A stretch of 64,000 nt of DNA from Candidatus Micrarchaeota archaeon. GTDB lineage: Archaea > Micrarchaeota > Micrarchaeia > Anstonellales > Bilamarchaeaceae. Position numbers and translations under genes: made by a program. Where the stretch lies: NCBI GenBank assembly GCA_038046765.1, contig JBBSVN010000003.1, forward strand, positions 89,222 through 153,221, given 5' to 3'. The notes under the pieces were generated by a model. It worked only from the letters and a program-made list of their open reading frames with translations, was not told the DNA's origin and made no database searches. Shown one piece after another: positions 55,433-64,000 of the stretch. Each line of letters opens with the position of its first letter. Position 1 is the first letter of the stretch.

Positions 55433-56386
55433 ATGGCATTACTTGAAACTCAAAAAGCAGGATCGGTAGGAGTAATTGGAAGACCAAGATATGAACCACA
55501 TAATGCAAGGATAAAATTATTTTCAAGTGTTCTTGTTGAAGATAGGAGCCAACTGGCAAAGATTCTTGGGGAAGTTAGAGCAACTGAATTAGAAAATACA
55601 GATTCAACAAGAACTACAATAAGAGCATTTGTTAGAAAAGGCGTGGTCGATAAACATCAAGAAGACAGGTATAATCTAGAAGCCAGATTTGCAGTAGACA
55701 ATGCATTAAGTGACTGCGAATTAGTATATTTTGGAAGAAACAAAACTACTAGAATACCGGATTCAGAATCACTGCAAAGAGAAATGGAAATGATTGAGCA
55801 GATCACACAACAAGTTTCTAGAATAACATATAAACAAGCATTAGATAGAGTTGAGCGAGCTGGCAGAGGGTACAAAATTTCAAGATTGGCAGAACCCAAT
55901 GATCAAGATATTGAAACACTCTTTAGATTATATCAGGAAGCATACGCAAAATATACTTTTGAAATAACAAGAAGCACTGTAAAGGAAATGATTTCAAACG
56001 GAAACATTGTAATAGTTGCAAGAGATAATACTAGAAGTATTGTTTCATCAATGATTGCTGAACATTGCACAATTCCTTTGCAAGGACATGCAAGCGTAGA
56101 GCTTTATGAGTTAAGTGATTATGCAACTCTAAGATCAGATCGTGGAAATGGTCTTATGACTGCAATGCAAATTGAAGCAATAAGAAGAATAAGGGAATCA
56201 GAAAACGGTGAAAAAGCAATAATATATGCCGAGGACAGAGCAGCTTGGACTGCGGTTAATCGGTCTTCAGCAAAGGCAGGTTTAATATACTCTGGAACAT
56301 TATTACAACATTGCGTGTTAGAGTCAGACAGGGACTTTAATGAAAGAGGAATATATGAAAACCTAAATGTTTGGGTTGCACAATAA
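55433..56386 (+). CDS. GNAT acetyltransferase resembling beta-lysine N-acetyltransferase (AblB/YodP-like)
   Basis: EP.N.RIK.F, L..LY.E.Y..Y, ELSDYATL...RGNGL, R......N......G..YSG.L, ENLNVW. Confidence 0.7.
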   Translation: MALLETQKAGSVGVIGRPRYEPHNARIKLFSSVLVEDRSQLAKILGEVRATELENTDSTRTTIRAFVRKGVVDKHQEDRYNLEARFAVDNALSDCELVYFGRNKTTRIPDSESLQREMEMIEQITQQVSRITYKQALDRVERAGRGYKISRLAEPNDQDIETLFRLYQEAYAKYTFEITRSTVKEMISNGNIVIVARDNTRSIVSSMIAEHCTIPLQGHASVELYELSDYATLRSDRGNGLMTAMQIEAIRRIRESENGEKAIIYAEDRAAWTAVNRSSAKAGLIYSGTLLQHCVLESDRDFNERGIYENLNVWVAQ

Positions 56387-56397
56387 AATAATGTAAA

Positions 56398-57561
56398 ATG
56401 GAGAGAAACATGGAATCTTTAGATTTACTTAAAAAAATTGTTTCGATAAATTCAGTTTTCCCACAAGAGGCAGAACTAGCCCATTTTTTAGCAAAGGAAC
56501 TTGAAGGAATTGGTTTTGAAGTGCAGATGCAGGAATTTGAAAAAAATAGATTTAATGTACTTGCTAAAAGAGGACAGGGAACTAAATATACTTTATTTTA
56601 TGGACACATGGACACTGTTCCAGCATATGGATATAATATAACTGGCAAGGACCCATTTAAACTTAAAGAAATTGATGGTAAGCTGTATGGTCTTGGAGCG
56701 TATGATATGAAAGCGGGAATTAGTGCAACAATAAGCGCACTACGAAATTCCCCAATAAATAAACCAATAAAAGTTATGTTTGTAAGTGACGAAGAAGCAG
56801 ACTCCAGGGGCTGTTATGAAGTAACTAAAACAGACTTTTTAAAAGATGTCGATCTTGTGATTGCAGGGGAAATATCTGACGTACATGATGTAAATGAAAA
56901 AACAAGAATGATTACGCTCGGAAGACGCGGAAGGGCGCAGTACAAAATAGATGTACCTGGAAAAAGTTTTCACGCTGCAAGAATGGAAAGAGCAATTTCT
57001 GCAGTAACAATTGCATCCAAGATTGCGATAGAAATAGAAAAAATGAACAAAAATTTACCGAAGCACAAGGAATTATCTAGAGGAAACCAATTTGTTAGAA
57101 AATTTGAATCAGAAAGCATTTCACTATCAATACCAGATAGCGCAACTCTTTTAGTAGATAGACATTTAGTTATACCGGAAAATATCGAAAGCGCGAGATT
57201 AAATATTCAAAACAGAATTAATCAAATGTATGATAGAGGAATAATTATACAGGCAGAAGGAAGAAGAGCGAGCGTATCAATTAACCCGCGTGAAGTTCCG
57301 TATCTTATGCCTTATATTACATCGAAGGACAATAATAAAGTTAGGTTGCTAAGCAATGCAATAAAAGAAAAAACAGGTGTAAGCGCAAAATATAATTGCG
57401 GATTATCTGTTGCTGATGAAAACTTAATTGCAATGCAGGGAATACCAATAATTTCTTATGGGCCAATCGGAGAAGGCGAACACTCAAGCGAAGAATGGGT
57501 TTCTAAGCAAAGTTATTTGGAAATGATTGAAGTTTTGAGACTATTTTTAAACAAATTATAA
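56398..57561 (+). CDS. M20 family amidohydrolase (ArgE/DapE-like)
   Basis: GHMDTVP, G.GAYDMKAG, DEE, GE, YGP...EH..EE. Confidence 0.92.
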   Translation: MERNMESLDLLKKIVSINSVFPQEAELAHFLAKELEGIGFEVQMQEFEKNRFNVLAKRGQGTKYTLFYGHMDTVPAYGYNITGKDPFKLKEIDGKLYGLGAYDMKAGISATISALRNSPINKPIKVMFVSDEEADSRGCYEVTKTDFLKDVDLVIAGEISDVHDVNEKTRMITLGRRGRAQYKIDVPGKSFHAARMERAISAVTIASKIAIEIEKMNKNLPKHKELSRGNQFVRKFESESISLSIPDSATLLVDRHLVIPENIESARLNIQNRINQMYDRGIIIQAEGRRASVSINPREVPYLMPYITSKDNNKVRLLSNAIKEKTGVSAKYNCGLSVADENLIAMQGIPIISYGPIGEGEHSSEEWVSKQSYLEMIEVLRLFLNKL

Positions 57562-57589
57562 ATAAGTTACAAAGCTTAGGTCGAGTTTT

Positions 57590-58957
57590 ATGCCAAAACT
57601 AAAAGTAGTAAAATTTGGAGGAAGTTCGCTTGCTGATGCAGAGCGAATAAAGAACGTAGCACAAATCATAACGAGCGATTCTGCTAGAAGAATTGTTGTT
57701 GTATCTGCTCCAGGCGCAATAAAAGAAAATGACACCCCAAAAGTTACAGACCAGTTAATTAGACTAGGTGAAAAATACAAAAAAGGAGAAAACATAGAAT
57801 CAAGTATGGATGAAATAATTACAAGATTTGCAGAAATTGAAGGTGAGCTTGACAGTAGAAGAATTGGAACGAAAATAAAACAAATGCTAGCAGATAGGTT
57901 AGCTTTAATTGACAGTCAACAATCAATGGATCCTTTAATGGCATTAGGAGAAGAATTGAATGGGAAAATAATCGCAGATTATTTAAAGAAGTTCGGGGTT
58001 GATACTTGCTTTTTAAATCCTGAGGAATTTATCAAGGTTGATGAAACGGATTTTGGTAAAACTCACGTAAAAAGAAGTAGATTTTCTGATATAAGCGACA
58101 GAGTGACTGCAATTCTTACATGCTATGACCTTGTAATAGTGCCAGGATTTTATGGAATAGGAACAAATAATCAAATAAGAACATTTCCTAGAGGTGGTAG
58201 CGATTATACTGCAGCCATTTTAGCCGCATCTTTAGGAAAAGAGATTGTAGAGGTACATGAAAACTTTACTGATGTCAACGGGGTTTTAGCTGCTGATCCA
58301 AAAATAATTCCAAATGCAAGAAAAATTGAAGTTATGAGTTTACGCGAACTAAGCGAACTTACATTAGGAGGAAGTTTTGGAGTATTTCAGGCAGAAGCTG
58401 TTGCGCCTTTAGCTAGAGCAGGGATTCCAATAAGTTTAAGAAATACGTTTAGATTAGGCGAAAACGGAACAAAAATTTTAACAGAACTGTCAACAACGCA
58501 AGATTTAGTTCGAGGAATTGCATATCGCGGAGATTACACGATAGTAAATATTCGGGATTATGATATGGGGGATAAAATTGGGGCTTTGGCAAGAATCATA
58601 GAAACATTTGCAAAAGACGGGATTTCAATAGAACACGTTCCAACTTCACAAATTAGCGCTTCGGTAATATTTGGTTCAAAACAAAACAAAGATAGGAAAT
58701 TACTAAGTTTATTAAATGAACTAGAAAAAACAAACCCTGATGAACTTAGTATTGATTTAAACGTTGGATTAGTTAGCGTAGTTGGTGAGGGATTAAAAAG
58801 CGCATCTGGTGTAGGGGCAAGGGCATTTACAAAACTAGCGAATAATGGAATAAACGTTGTTACATCTTTATTTAACGGCATAAATTTAACGATCGGAGTA
58901 GTTAACGGTGAGGCTAAAAGAGCAGTTGAAGTTTTGTATAAGGAATTGATTGGATAA
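57590..58957 (+). CDS. lysC: Aspartate kinase with two ACT domains
   Basis: VKFGGSSLA, VVSAPG...KVTD, GEE, RGGSDYTAA, TDV.GV..ADP, VSVVGEG. Confidence 0.92.
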   Translation: MPKLKVVKFGGSSLADAERIKNVAQIITSDSARRIVVVSAPGAIKENDTPKVTDQLIRLGEKYKKGENIESSMDEIITRFAEIEGELDSRRIGTKIKQMLADRLALIDSQQSMDPLMALGEELNGKIIADYLKKFGVDTCFLNPEEFIKVDETDFGKTHVKRSRFSDISDRVTAILTCYDLVIVPGFYGIGTNNQIRTFPRGGSDYTAAILAASLGKEIVEVHENFTDVNGVLAADPKIIPNARKIEVMSLRELSELTLGGSFGVFQAEAVAPLARAGIPISLRNTFRLGENGTKILTELSTTQDLVRGIAYRGDYTIVNIRDYDMGDKIGALARIIETFAKDGISIEHVPTSQISASVIFGSKQNKDRKLLSLLNELEKTNPDELSIDLNVGLVSVVGEGLKSASGVGARAFTKLANNGINVVTSLFNGINLTIGVVNGEAKRAVEVLYKELIG

Positions 58958-58992
58958 AAAGTGTTTTAAAATGTTTGAAATAACAACTTAAC

Positions 58993-60408
58993 ATGAGACT
59001 TAATAGAATAACTAGTAACAAATGTTCAAATGAATTTGTATTTCGTGTTCATGGTTGGGGGGGAATAGGTGCAAAGGCAGATTCACTTCTTAAATACGGA
59101 GTATGCTTCTTAGATAGAGGAATAAGAGTACCAAACGGACACGTTATTTCTTCTAGCCCTTATTTTAGAAGATTAGAAAGACCGGAAGGAATTGAAGCTG
59201 GAAAAATAGTAAAATTAAATGATGAATCAAAGATTATGGTAGAAGATATTTTGGACTCTATTGATGGAGCACTAGCACATGCAATACGATCAAGTTTTCA
59301 GGGAGACCACACAGGAAATGGAATATATAAAAGTGTAATAGGACCTTTATCTGAAGGAATAGAATCAATAGAAACAATAATGACGAATGCATTTAGTGAA
59401 GATGGGGAAGAATTTAGGAAAAAAAGGGGTCTTCCACCGGATATATCGATACTAATAATGCCAGCAATAGTTGACTCTGAATTTGGCTGCCCACTTCTAT
59501 CTGGATGCGGCTCAACCACTTGGGGTCCAGGAATAGGGAGATTAGCAATAGCTCCGGGATTTGGAACTAGAGCCACAGGTCAATCTGCTTCTATAGGACT
59601 TTTTGATTTTGCAGGAGAACTGCCAGAAAAACTTGTTCTAAGACTTACCAATCCACAATTGCACATGCCAGATCATTTAGTAGAGCACAGTCTTTTTTCA
59701 GGAAGAGATGATCAATTCGTAAATAGACTTATTCAATCAAGAGCTTACAAAAAAGCAGTTCAAAAAACATTACCAACATTTCTTTCAAGATTAAAAGATA
59801 TTGAATCTGATATAGGCCCATTTTATTTTGAATTTGCACTTGCTAGGCCAGCTAATGAAATAGCTCAGTTTGTACTTCAGGTGGCACCATACAATTATGA
59901 AGATTCACATATCGAATTTCCTCCTGAAAGTACCCCGAATGTTTTGTGGACAAAAGAAGTGGCGGGAAGATGCAAAAAAACAGCAACGTCCATAGTATCT
60001 GCTGCAGAGTACAATGTGCCCAAGCCAAAGATGCGGGAGAGTATGCTTGAAATAAATAGAAGCACAAAAGATTACATACTTGTAGTAACAGACATACATA
60101 GTGCTATGGCCGGACCACACAAGTGGCTTTCATATGCATGTTTTAGTAACGCTGTAGCTATAGTAGAAGTTAATCCAGAACACCATCGAGCACCTTCTGA
60201 ACATTTTCGTGGTCTTCTTAGTGACAGTAAAATCCCATTTTTACATGTTGACTGGTTTAATATGGATGATCCGGCATTTAAGTTACAAATGCTGGAGTCT
60301 TTTAAAGCCCATGAATGCGAAGCTGAGATTCTCGCAGATGATTGTGCTCCCGAAGGCTCAAAAGGAGCACTTGTATTCAAAAGGCTTCCTAACCTAGGCA
60401 AATATTAG
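58993..60408 (+). CDS. Diverged PEP-synthase/dikinase-like protein (PPDK_N plus possible phospho-His domain)
   Basis: G.IG.KA..L, VP.G.VI, AIRSS..GD..G.G.Y.S, SG, PGFGT.A, EFA, LQV.P, later SEHF. Confidence 0.6.
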   Translation: MRLNRITSNKCSNEFVFRVHGWGGIGAKADSLLKYGVCFLDRGIRVPNGHVISSSPYFRRLERPEGIEAGKIVKLNDESKIMVEDILDSIDGALAHAIRSSFQGDHTGNGIYKSVIGPLSEGIESIETIMTNAFSEDGEEFRKKRGLPPDISILIMPAIVDSEFGCPLLSGCGSTTWGPGIGRLAIAPGFGTRATGQSASIGLFDFAGELPEKLVLRLTNPQLHMPDHLVEHSLFSGRDDQFVNRLIQSRAYKKAVQKTLPTFLSRLKDIESDIGPFYFEFALARPANEIAQFVLQVAPYNYEDSHIEFPPESTPNVLWTKEVAGRCKKTATSIVSAAEYNVPKPKMRESMLEINRSTKDYILVVTDIHSAMAGPHKWLSYACFSNAVAIVEVNPEHHRAPSEHFRGLLSDSKIPFLHVDWFNMDDPAFKLQMLESFKAHECEAEILADDCAPEGSKGALVFKRLPNLGKY

Positions 60409-60452
60409 AAATATGCGTTTACTTTAAAAATTCCTTCTTCTAATTTTTATTT

Positions 60453-61454
60453 ATGAAATCAACAGCAATAGCTAATTCGAACATCGCGATAATTAAATAC
60501 TGGGGAAAACGAGACGAAAAGCTCAATCTCCCAACTAATTCAAGCATTTCATTTACAATGGACGAACAATTATCTACAGTAACTACCGTGGAATTCGATT
60601 CAAGTTTAACTAATGACAGCGTCCACTTAGATAAAATGCCTGCTGGAGAAAAAGAAACGCTACGCGTAACTAAATTCTTAGATCTAGTAAGACAAATGGC
60701 AAACATAAAAACTAAAGCGAGAGTTTCATCAGTAAATTCTTTTCCTCGGGGAGTTGGATTAGCTAGTTCAGCATCGGGATTTGCAGCATTAGCGGGGGCA
60801 GCTAGTAAAGCCGCAGGTTTAAACTTAAGCAATAAGGAACTTTCAACTCTAGCTAGACAAGGCTCTGGTTCCGCATCAAGATCTATTTTAGGCGGATGCG
60901 TAGAATGGCAAATGGGCAAAAAACCAGATGGAAGCGATAGCTATGCAAAACAAATATTAAATGAAGAAAAATGCGCAGACATTAGAAACGTAATAGTAAT
61001 TTTGGAAACAAGGGAAAAGAAAGTAAGTTCAAGAGATGGAATGAGAGAAACTGTTGCCACGTCAACTTTATACAAGCAAAGAATGAAAGATGTAAAAGAA
61101 AGAACAAAGAACATTAAGATTGCACTGGCAAATTCAGATATGCAAAAAATTTACAAAATAATAATGGAAGATAGTAGCAGTATGCATGCAACAATGCTAG
61201 ATACATTTCCACCAATATTTTACTTGAATGAGATTTCTAAGGAGATTATAGAAAAAGTAAATGAAATAAACGCAAAATATGGAAAACTAGTTTGTGGACA
61301 CACGTTTGATGCTGGACCAAACGGAAATGTTTACACAACGAAAGAATATTCAGAAGAGATTGCAAAAGAGATGAAACAAATTAAAGGCGTTCAGAAAGTA
61401 ATGGAATCAATTGTAGGGCAAGGATTAAAATTTAGCGAGAAACACTTATTTTAA
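60453..61454 (+). CDS. mvaD: Diphosphomevalonate decarboxylase
   Basis: NIAIIKYWGK, LP.NSSIS, GLASSASGFAAL, GSGSASRS, SSR.GM, TFDAGPN. Confidence 0.95.
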   Translation: MKSTAIANSNIAIIKYWGKRDEKLNLPTNSSISFTMDEQLSTVTTVEFDSSLTNDSVHLDKMPAGEKETLRVTKFLDLVRQMANIKTKARVSSVNSFPRGVGLASSASGFAALAGAASKAAGLNLSNKELSTLARQGSGSASRSILGGCVEWQMGKKPDGSDSYAKQILNEEKCADIRNVIVILETREKKVSSRDGMRETVATSTLYKQRMKDVKERTKNIKIALANSDMQKIYKIIMEDSSSMHATMLDTFPPIFYLNEISKEIIEKVNEINAKYGKLVCGHTFDAGPNGNVYTTKEYSEEIAKEMKQIKGVQKVMESIVGQGLKFSEKHLF

Positions 61455-61478
61455 ATACTTAATCTGATTTAGAATTCC

Positions 61479-62564
61479 ATGAACAGCATAACTGCATCTG
61501 CTCCAGGTAAGATTCTTCTTCTAGGCGGATATTCTGTATTAGCGAAAGGAAATATTGCTTATTCTATAACTGTTGATGTATTTGTTCATGCAAGAATAAA
61601 GAAAAGAAAAGATAACAGAATAATTGTAAATTCACCGCAATTGAAGATAAGACTAGAAACAACGCTAGATTATATCGAAAGATTGAAGATAGATGATAAA
61701 AATAAGTTCATGTTAGAAACAATCAAAATTATAATAAAATATTTAAAACAAAGAGGAATGGAACTATCTGGTTTTGAACTTACAACTACTAGCGATAAAG
61801 CATTTTCAGTTAGAAAGGGTAAAAGCGGATTAGGCTCTAGCGCAGCAGTAACTGTTGCCACAACTGCAGCAATATTTGAAATAATTGGATTAAAGGCAAA
61901 AGAAAACATCGAACAGATTCACAAGGTTGCTCAATTAGCACACGCAATTGCACAGAAAAAAATTGGAAGCGGGTTTGATGTGGCTTCGGCGTGCCACGGA
62001 AGCATACTTTATTCTAGATTTGACTTGGAACTTCTAAATTTGGATAAGATCGATCAGACATTAGCTAAGAATCTAGATTGTATTGTTGAAAATATGCCAT
62101 TTCCAAAAACGTTTGAACTAGTTATGGCATCATTTCCAAAAGAAAGTATGTCGAGCACAAAGGCAAGCTCGCGCGTTATGGAGTATAAAAAGAAAAATCC
62201 TGAAAAATATTTTGACTTAATTAGAGATTTGAATATACAAAATGAGCTAACACTTATTGCAATGGAAAAAAATAACTTAACCCAGTTTAAGGAACACTTT
62301 GAAAAAGCAAGATTACTGACAAAAAAACTGGGAGTTTTATCAGGAGTTGAAATCGAGGGAAATGAACAGACAAAACTCATTGAAGAAACTAAAGAAAATG
62401 GGGCATTTGTAGCTAAACTACCGGGTGCGGGAGGCAGAGATTCAATCATCGCATTATGCTTAAACAAAAAAGATGCACAAAAAGTTAAGGATTTTTGGAA
62501 AAAGAAAAAATTAAACTTACTAGATGTGAAAGTGCAGAATGAAGGGGTAAAAATTAGCAAATAA
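61479..62564 (+). CDS. Phosphomevalonate kinase (GHMP, ERG8-type)
   Basis: SAPGKILL.GGY.VL, K.GLGSSAA, AQ.AH..AQ.KIGSGFDVA, PGAGG.D. Confidence 0.9.
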   Translation: MNSITASAPGKILLLGGYSVLAKGNIAYSITVDVFVHARIKKRKDNRIIVNSPQLKIRLETTLDYIERLKIDDKNKFMLETIKIIIKYLKQRGMELSGFELTTTSDKAFSVRKGKSGLGSSAAVTVATTAAIFEIIGLKAKENIEQIHKVAQLAHAIAQKKIGSGFDVASACHGSILYSRFDLELLNLDKIDQTLAKNLDCIVENMPFPKTFELVMASFPKESMSSTKASSRVMEYKKKNPEKYFDLIRDLNIQNELTLIAMEKNNLTQFKEHFEKARLLTKKLGVLSGVEIEGNEQTKLIEETKENGAFVAKLPGAGGRDSIIALCLNKKDAQKVKDFWKKKKLNLLDVKVQNEGVKISK

Positions 62565-62613
62565 CAGTTAAATAAGATCAATTAAAATATTGAAATTACA
62601 TTGAGGCGAAATA

Positions 62614-63486
62614 ATGTCTAATCTAATCGTATTTCAAGACAAAAAAGTTCGTAGGATTTGGAACGAAGCTAACAGTAGATGGTATTTTTCTATTACTGAT
62701 GTAGTAGAAATTTTGACAGGGACTGACCGTCCTCGTAAATATTGGAATGATTTGAAGTCAAAGTTAAATCATGAGGGTAGTGAGTTGTCCGAAAAAATCG
62801 GACAACTGAAAATGCAGTCTGCAGATGGTAAATTTTACGATACAGATGTCGCAGATACTGAACAATTATTTCGTCTAATCCAATCAATCCCATCGCCCAA
62901 AGCAGAGCCTTTCAAACGCTGGCTTGCAAAAGTAGGATATGAACGACTTGAAGAGATTGAAAATCCTGAAATCGCAACAAAACGTATGCGTGAAATATAC
63001 AAACAAAAAGGGTATTCAGATGAATGGATCGAAAAAAGAATGCGTGGAATCGCAGTCCGAGATGAACTAACAGAAGAATGGAAGAAGCGTGGTGTGAAAG
63101 AACATTTAGAATATGCGATTTTGACCTCTGAAATAAGTAAAGCGACATTTGGCATGACGCCAACGGAATACAAAAATTTCAAATCACTTAGTAACCCTAA
63201 AGAAAACCTGCGTGACCATATGACTGACTTAGAAATAATTTTTACAATGCTTGGTGAAGCTTCAACTACTCAAATTGCCAAAAATAAGAATGCACAAGGA
63301 TTACCTGAAAACAAGAAAGCGGCTATAGAAGGCGGTACTGTTGCAGGAAATGCCAGACTAGAACTAGAAGAAAAATCAGGGATAAAGGTATCAACAGAAA
63401 CTAATTATAAAGAAATACCAGAAGCAAAAATAAGAACTAAGAAAATTTCTAGCAATGAGGAATCTTCAAATACGAAAGAAAGATAA
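62614..63486 (+). CDS. Bro-N domain protein (paralog of 1063..1929)
   Basis: Shares long identical peptides such as TDVADTEQLFRLIQSIPSPKAEPFK and WLAKVGYERLEEIENPEIATKRMREIYKQKGYSD. Confidence 0.85.
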   Translation: MSNLIVFQDKKVRRIWNEANSRWYFSITDVVEILTGTDRPRKYWNDLKSKLNHEGSELSEKIGQLKMQSADGKFYDTDVADTEQLFRLIQSIPSPKAEPFKRWLAKVGYERLEEIENPEIATKRMREIYKQKGYSDEWIEKRMRGIAVRDELTEEWKKRGVKEHLEYAILTSEISKATFGMTPTEYKNFKSLSNPKENLRDHMTDLEIIFTMLGEASTTQIAKNKNAQGLPENKKAAIEGGTVAGNARLELEEKSGIKVSTETNYKEIPEAKIRTKKISSNEESSNTKER

Positions 63487-63492
63487 ATTGCA

Positions 63493-63879
63493 GTGAAAAC
63501 TATGACCGTCTATCAAAAAGGAGCTCGGGCAGAGCGTGAATTAATAAAATACTTTTCAACAAGAGATTTTTCAGTAATACGGGCAGCAGGTAGTGGAGTA
63601 AATTCCCTATCACCAGATCTACTTTTGTTCAAGCGGGGTATGCAATACGCAATAGAATCAAAAGCATGGGAAAAGGAACACTTGAACATAGATAGAGATC
63701 AGTTTCTTAATTTGAGAAAATGGGAAGATAATACTGGAATTACTACTTACGTAGCATGGAGAAGAAACGCCGAAGAGTGGTTATTTTTACCGCTTATTTT
63801 ATTTGAGGAAAATGAAAAAAGCTTTAGTATAAACTGGAAAAGAGCAGTCCAAATGGGCAAAAAATTAGAAGAGTTTTAA
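63493..63879 (+). CDS. hjc: Archaeal Holliday junction resolvase
   Basis: KG...EREL.......FSVIRAAGSG....PDL.......AIESK. Confidence 0.9.
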   Translation: MKTMTVYQKGARAERELIKYFSTRDFSVIRAAGSGVNSLSPDLLLFKRGMQYAIESKAWEKEHLNIDRDQFLNLRKWEDNTGITTYVAWRRNAEEWLFLPLILFEENEKSFSINWKRAVQMGKKLEEF

Positions 63880-64000
63880 ATCCAGAGAAATCAACGAGTC
63901 TTTTTTGACAAAATAAAAAGTAAAAAAATCTAGTTCTGATTATCTTTAAACTTAAATTTTCCCTTGCCAGCTGCTCCTCCTTCGCCACCTTTTCTAAAGA

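Noticed and set aside
1..64000. Genome-wide TGA recoding (genetic code 4/25)
   Set aside because: Well-conserved genes end at TGA at the expected position (SDR 47206, MNT 7471, hicB 17836) and Trp is encoded by TGG
63930..64000. 3' end of a minus-strand CDS (..EKGGEGGAAGKGKFKFKDNQN*)
   Set aside because: Too short to identify

Overview
AT-rich chromosomal segment from an archaeon, most plausibly a DPANN lineage such as Micrarchaeota. This is an inference from GGTGA Shine-Dalgarno motifs, TATA-type promoters, CCA-less tRNAs, Hjc, NreA with a PIP box, a NOP2/NIP7 pair, a DUF2666-like gene, MNT-HEPN and many bacterial-type metabolic genes. Housekeeping content: class II FBP aldolase (partial), gatAB, PDH E1a/E1b/E2, glnA, gdhA, three classical mevalonate enzymes (MVK, PMK, MVD), nth, uppP, cyclophilin, peroxiredoxins, NrdR, tRNA-Lys(UUU) and tRNA-Thr(GGU). 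Five things stand out. (1) A 7.4-kb toxin-antitoxin-rich island (12.9-20.3 kb) forms two convergent arms, each headed by a paralogous CxxC gene. It carries a triplicated promoter-SD-start module, a recurring 16-bp gene-junction motif and a 27-bp direct repeat, resembling a gene-cassette array with no integrase in view. (2) Several diverged homologues of bacterial proteins have eroded catalytic motifs (long RelA/SpoT, YhbH/DUF444, transglutaminase) and sit among ankyrin and lipobox ORFans, possibly an effector or mimic repertoire. (3) Two GC-richer structured intergenic elements lie directly downstream of glnA and gdhA. (4) A GNAT/M20/aspartokinase operon lies downstream of repeated TTACGAATTTCGTAA palindromes. 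(5) Several small ORFs were missed by the ORF track, and two ORFs are interrupted by a single in-frame TGA. All family calls come from motif recognition by eye; no searches were run.
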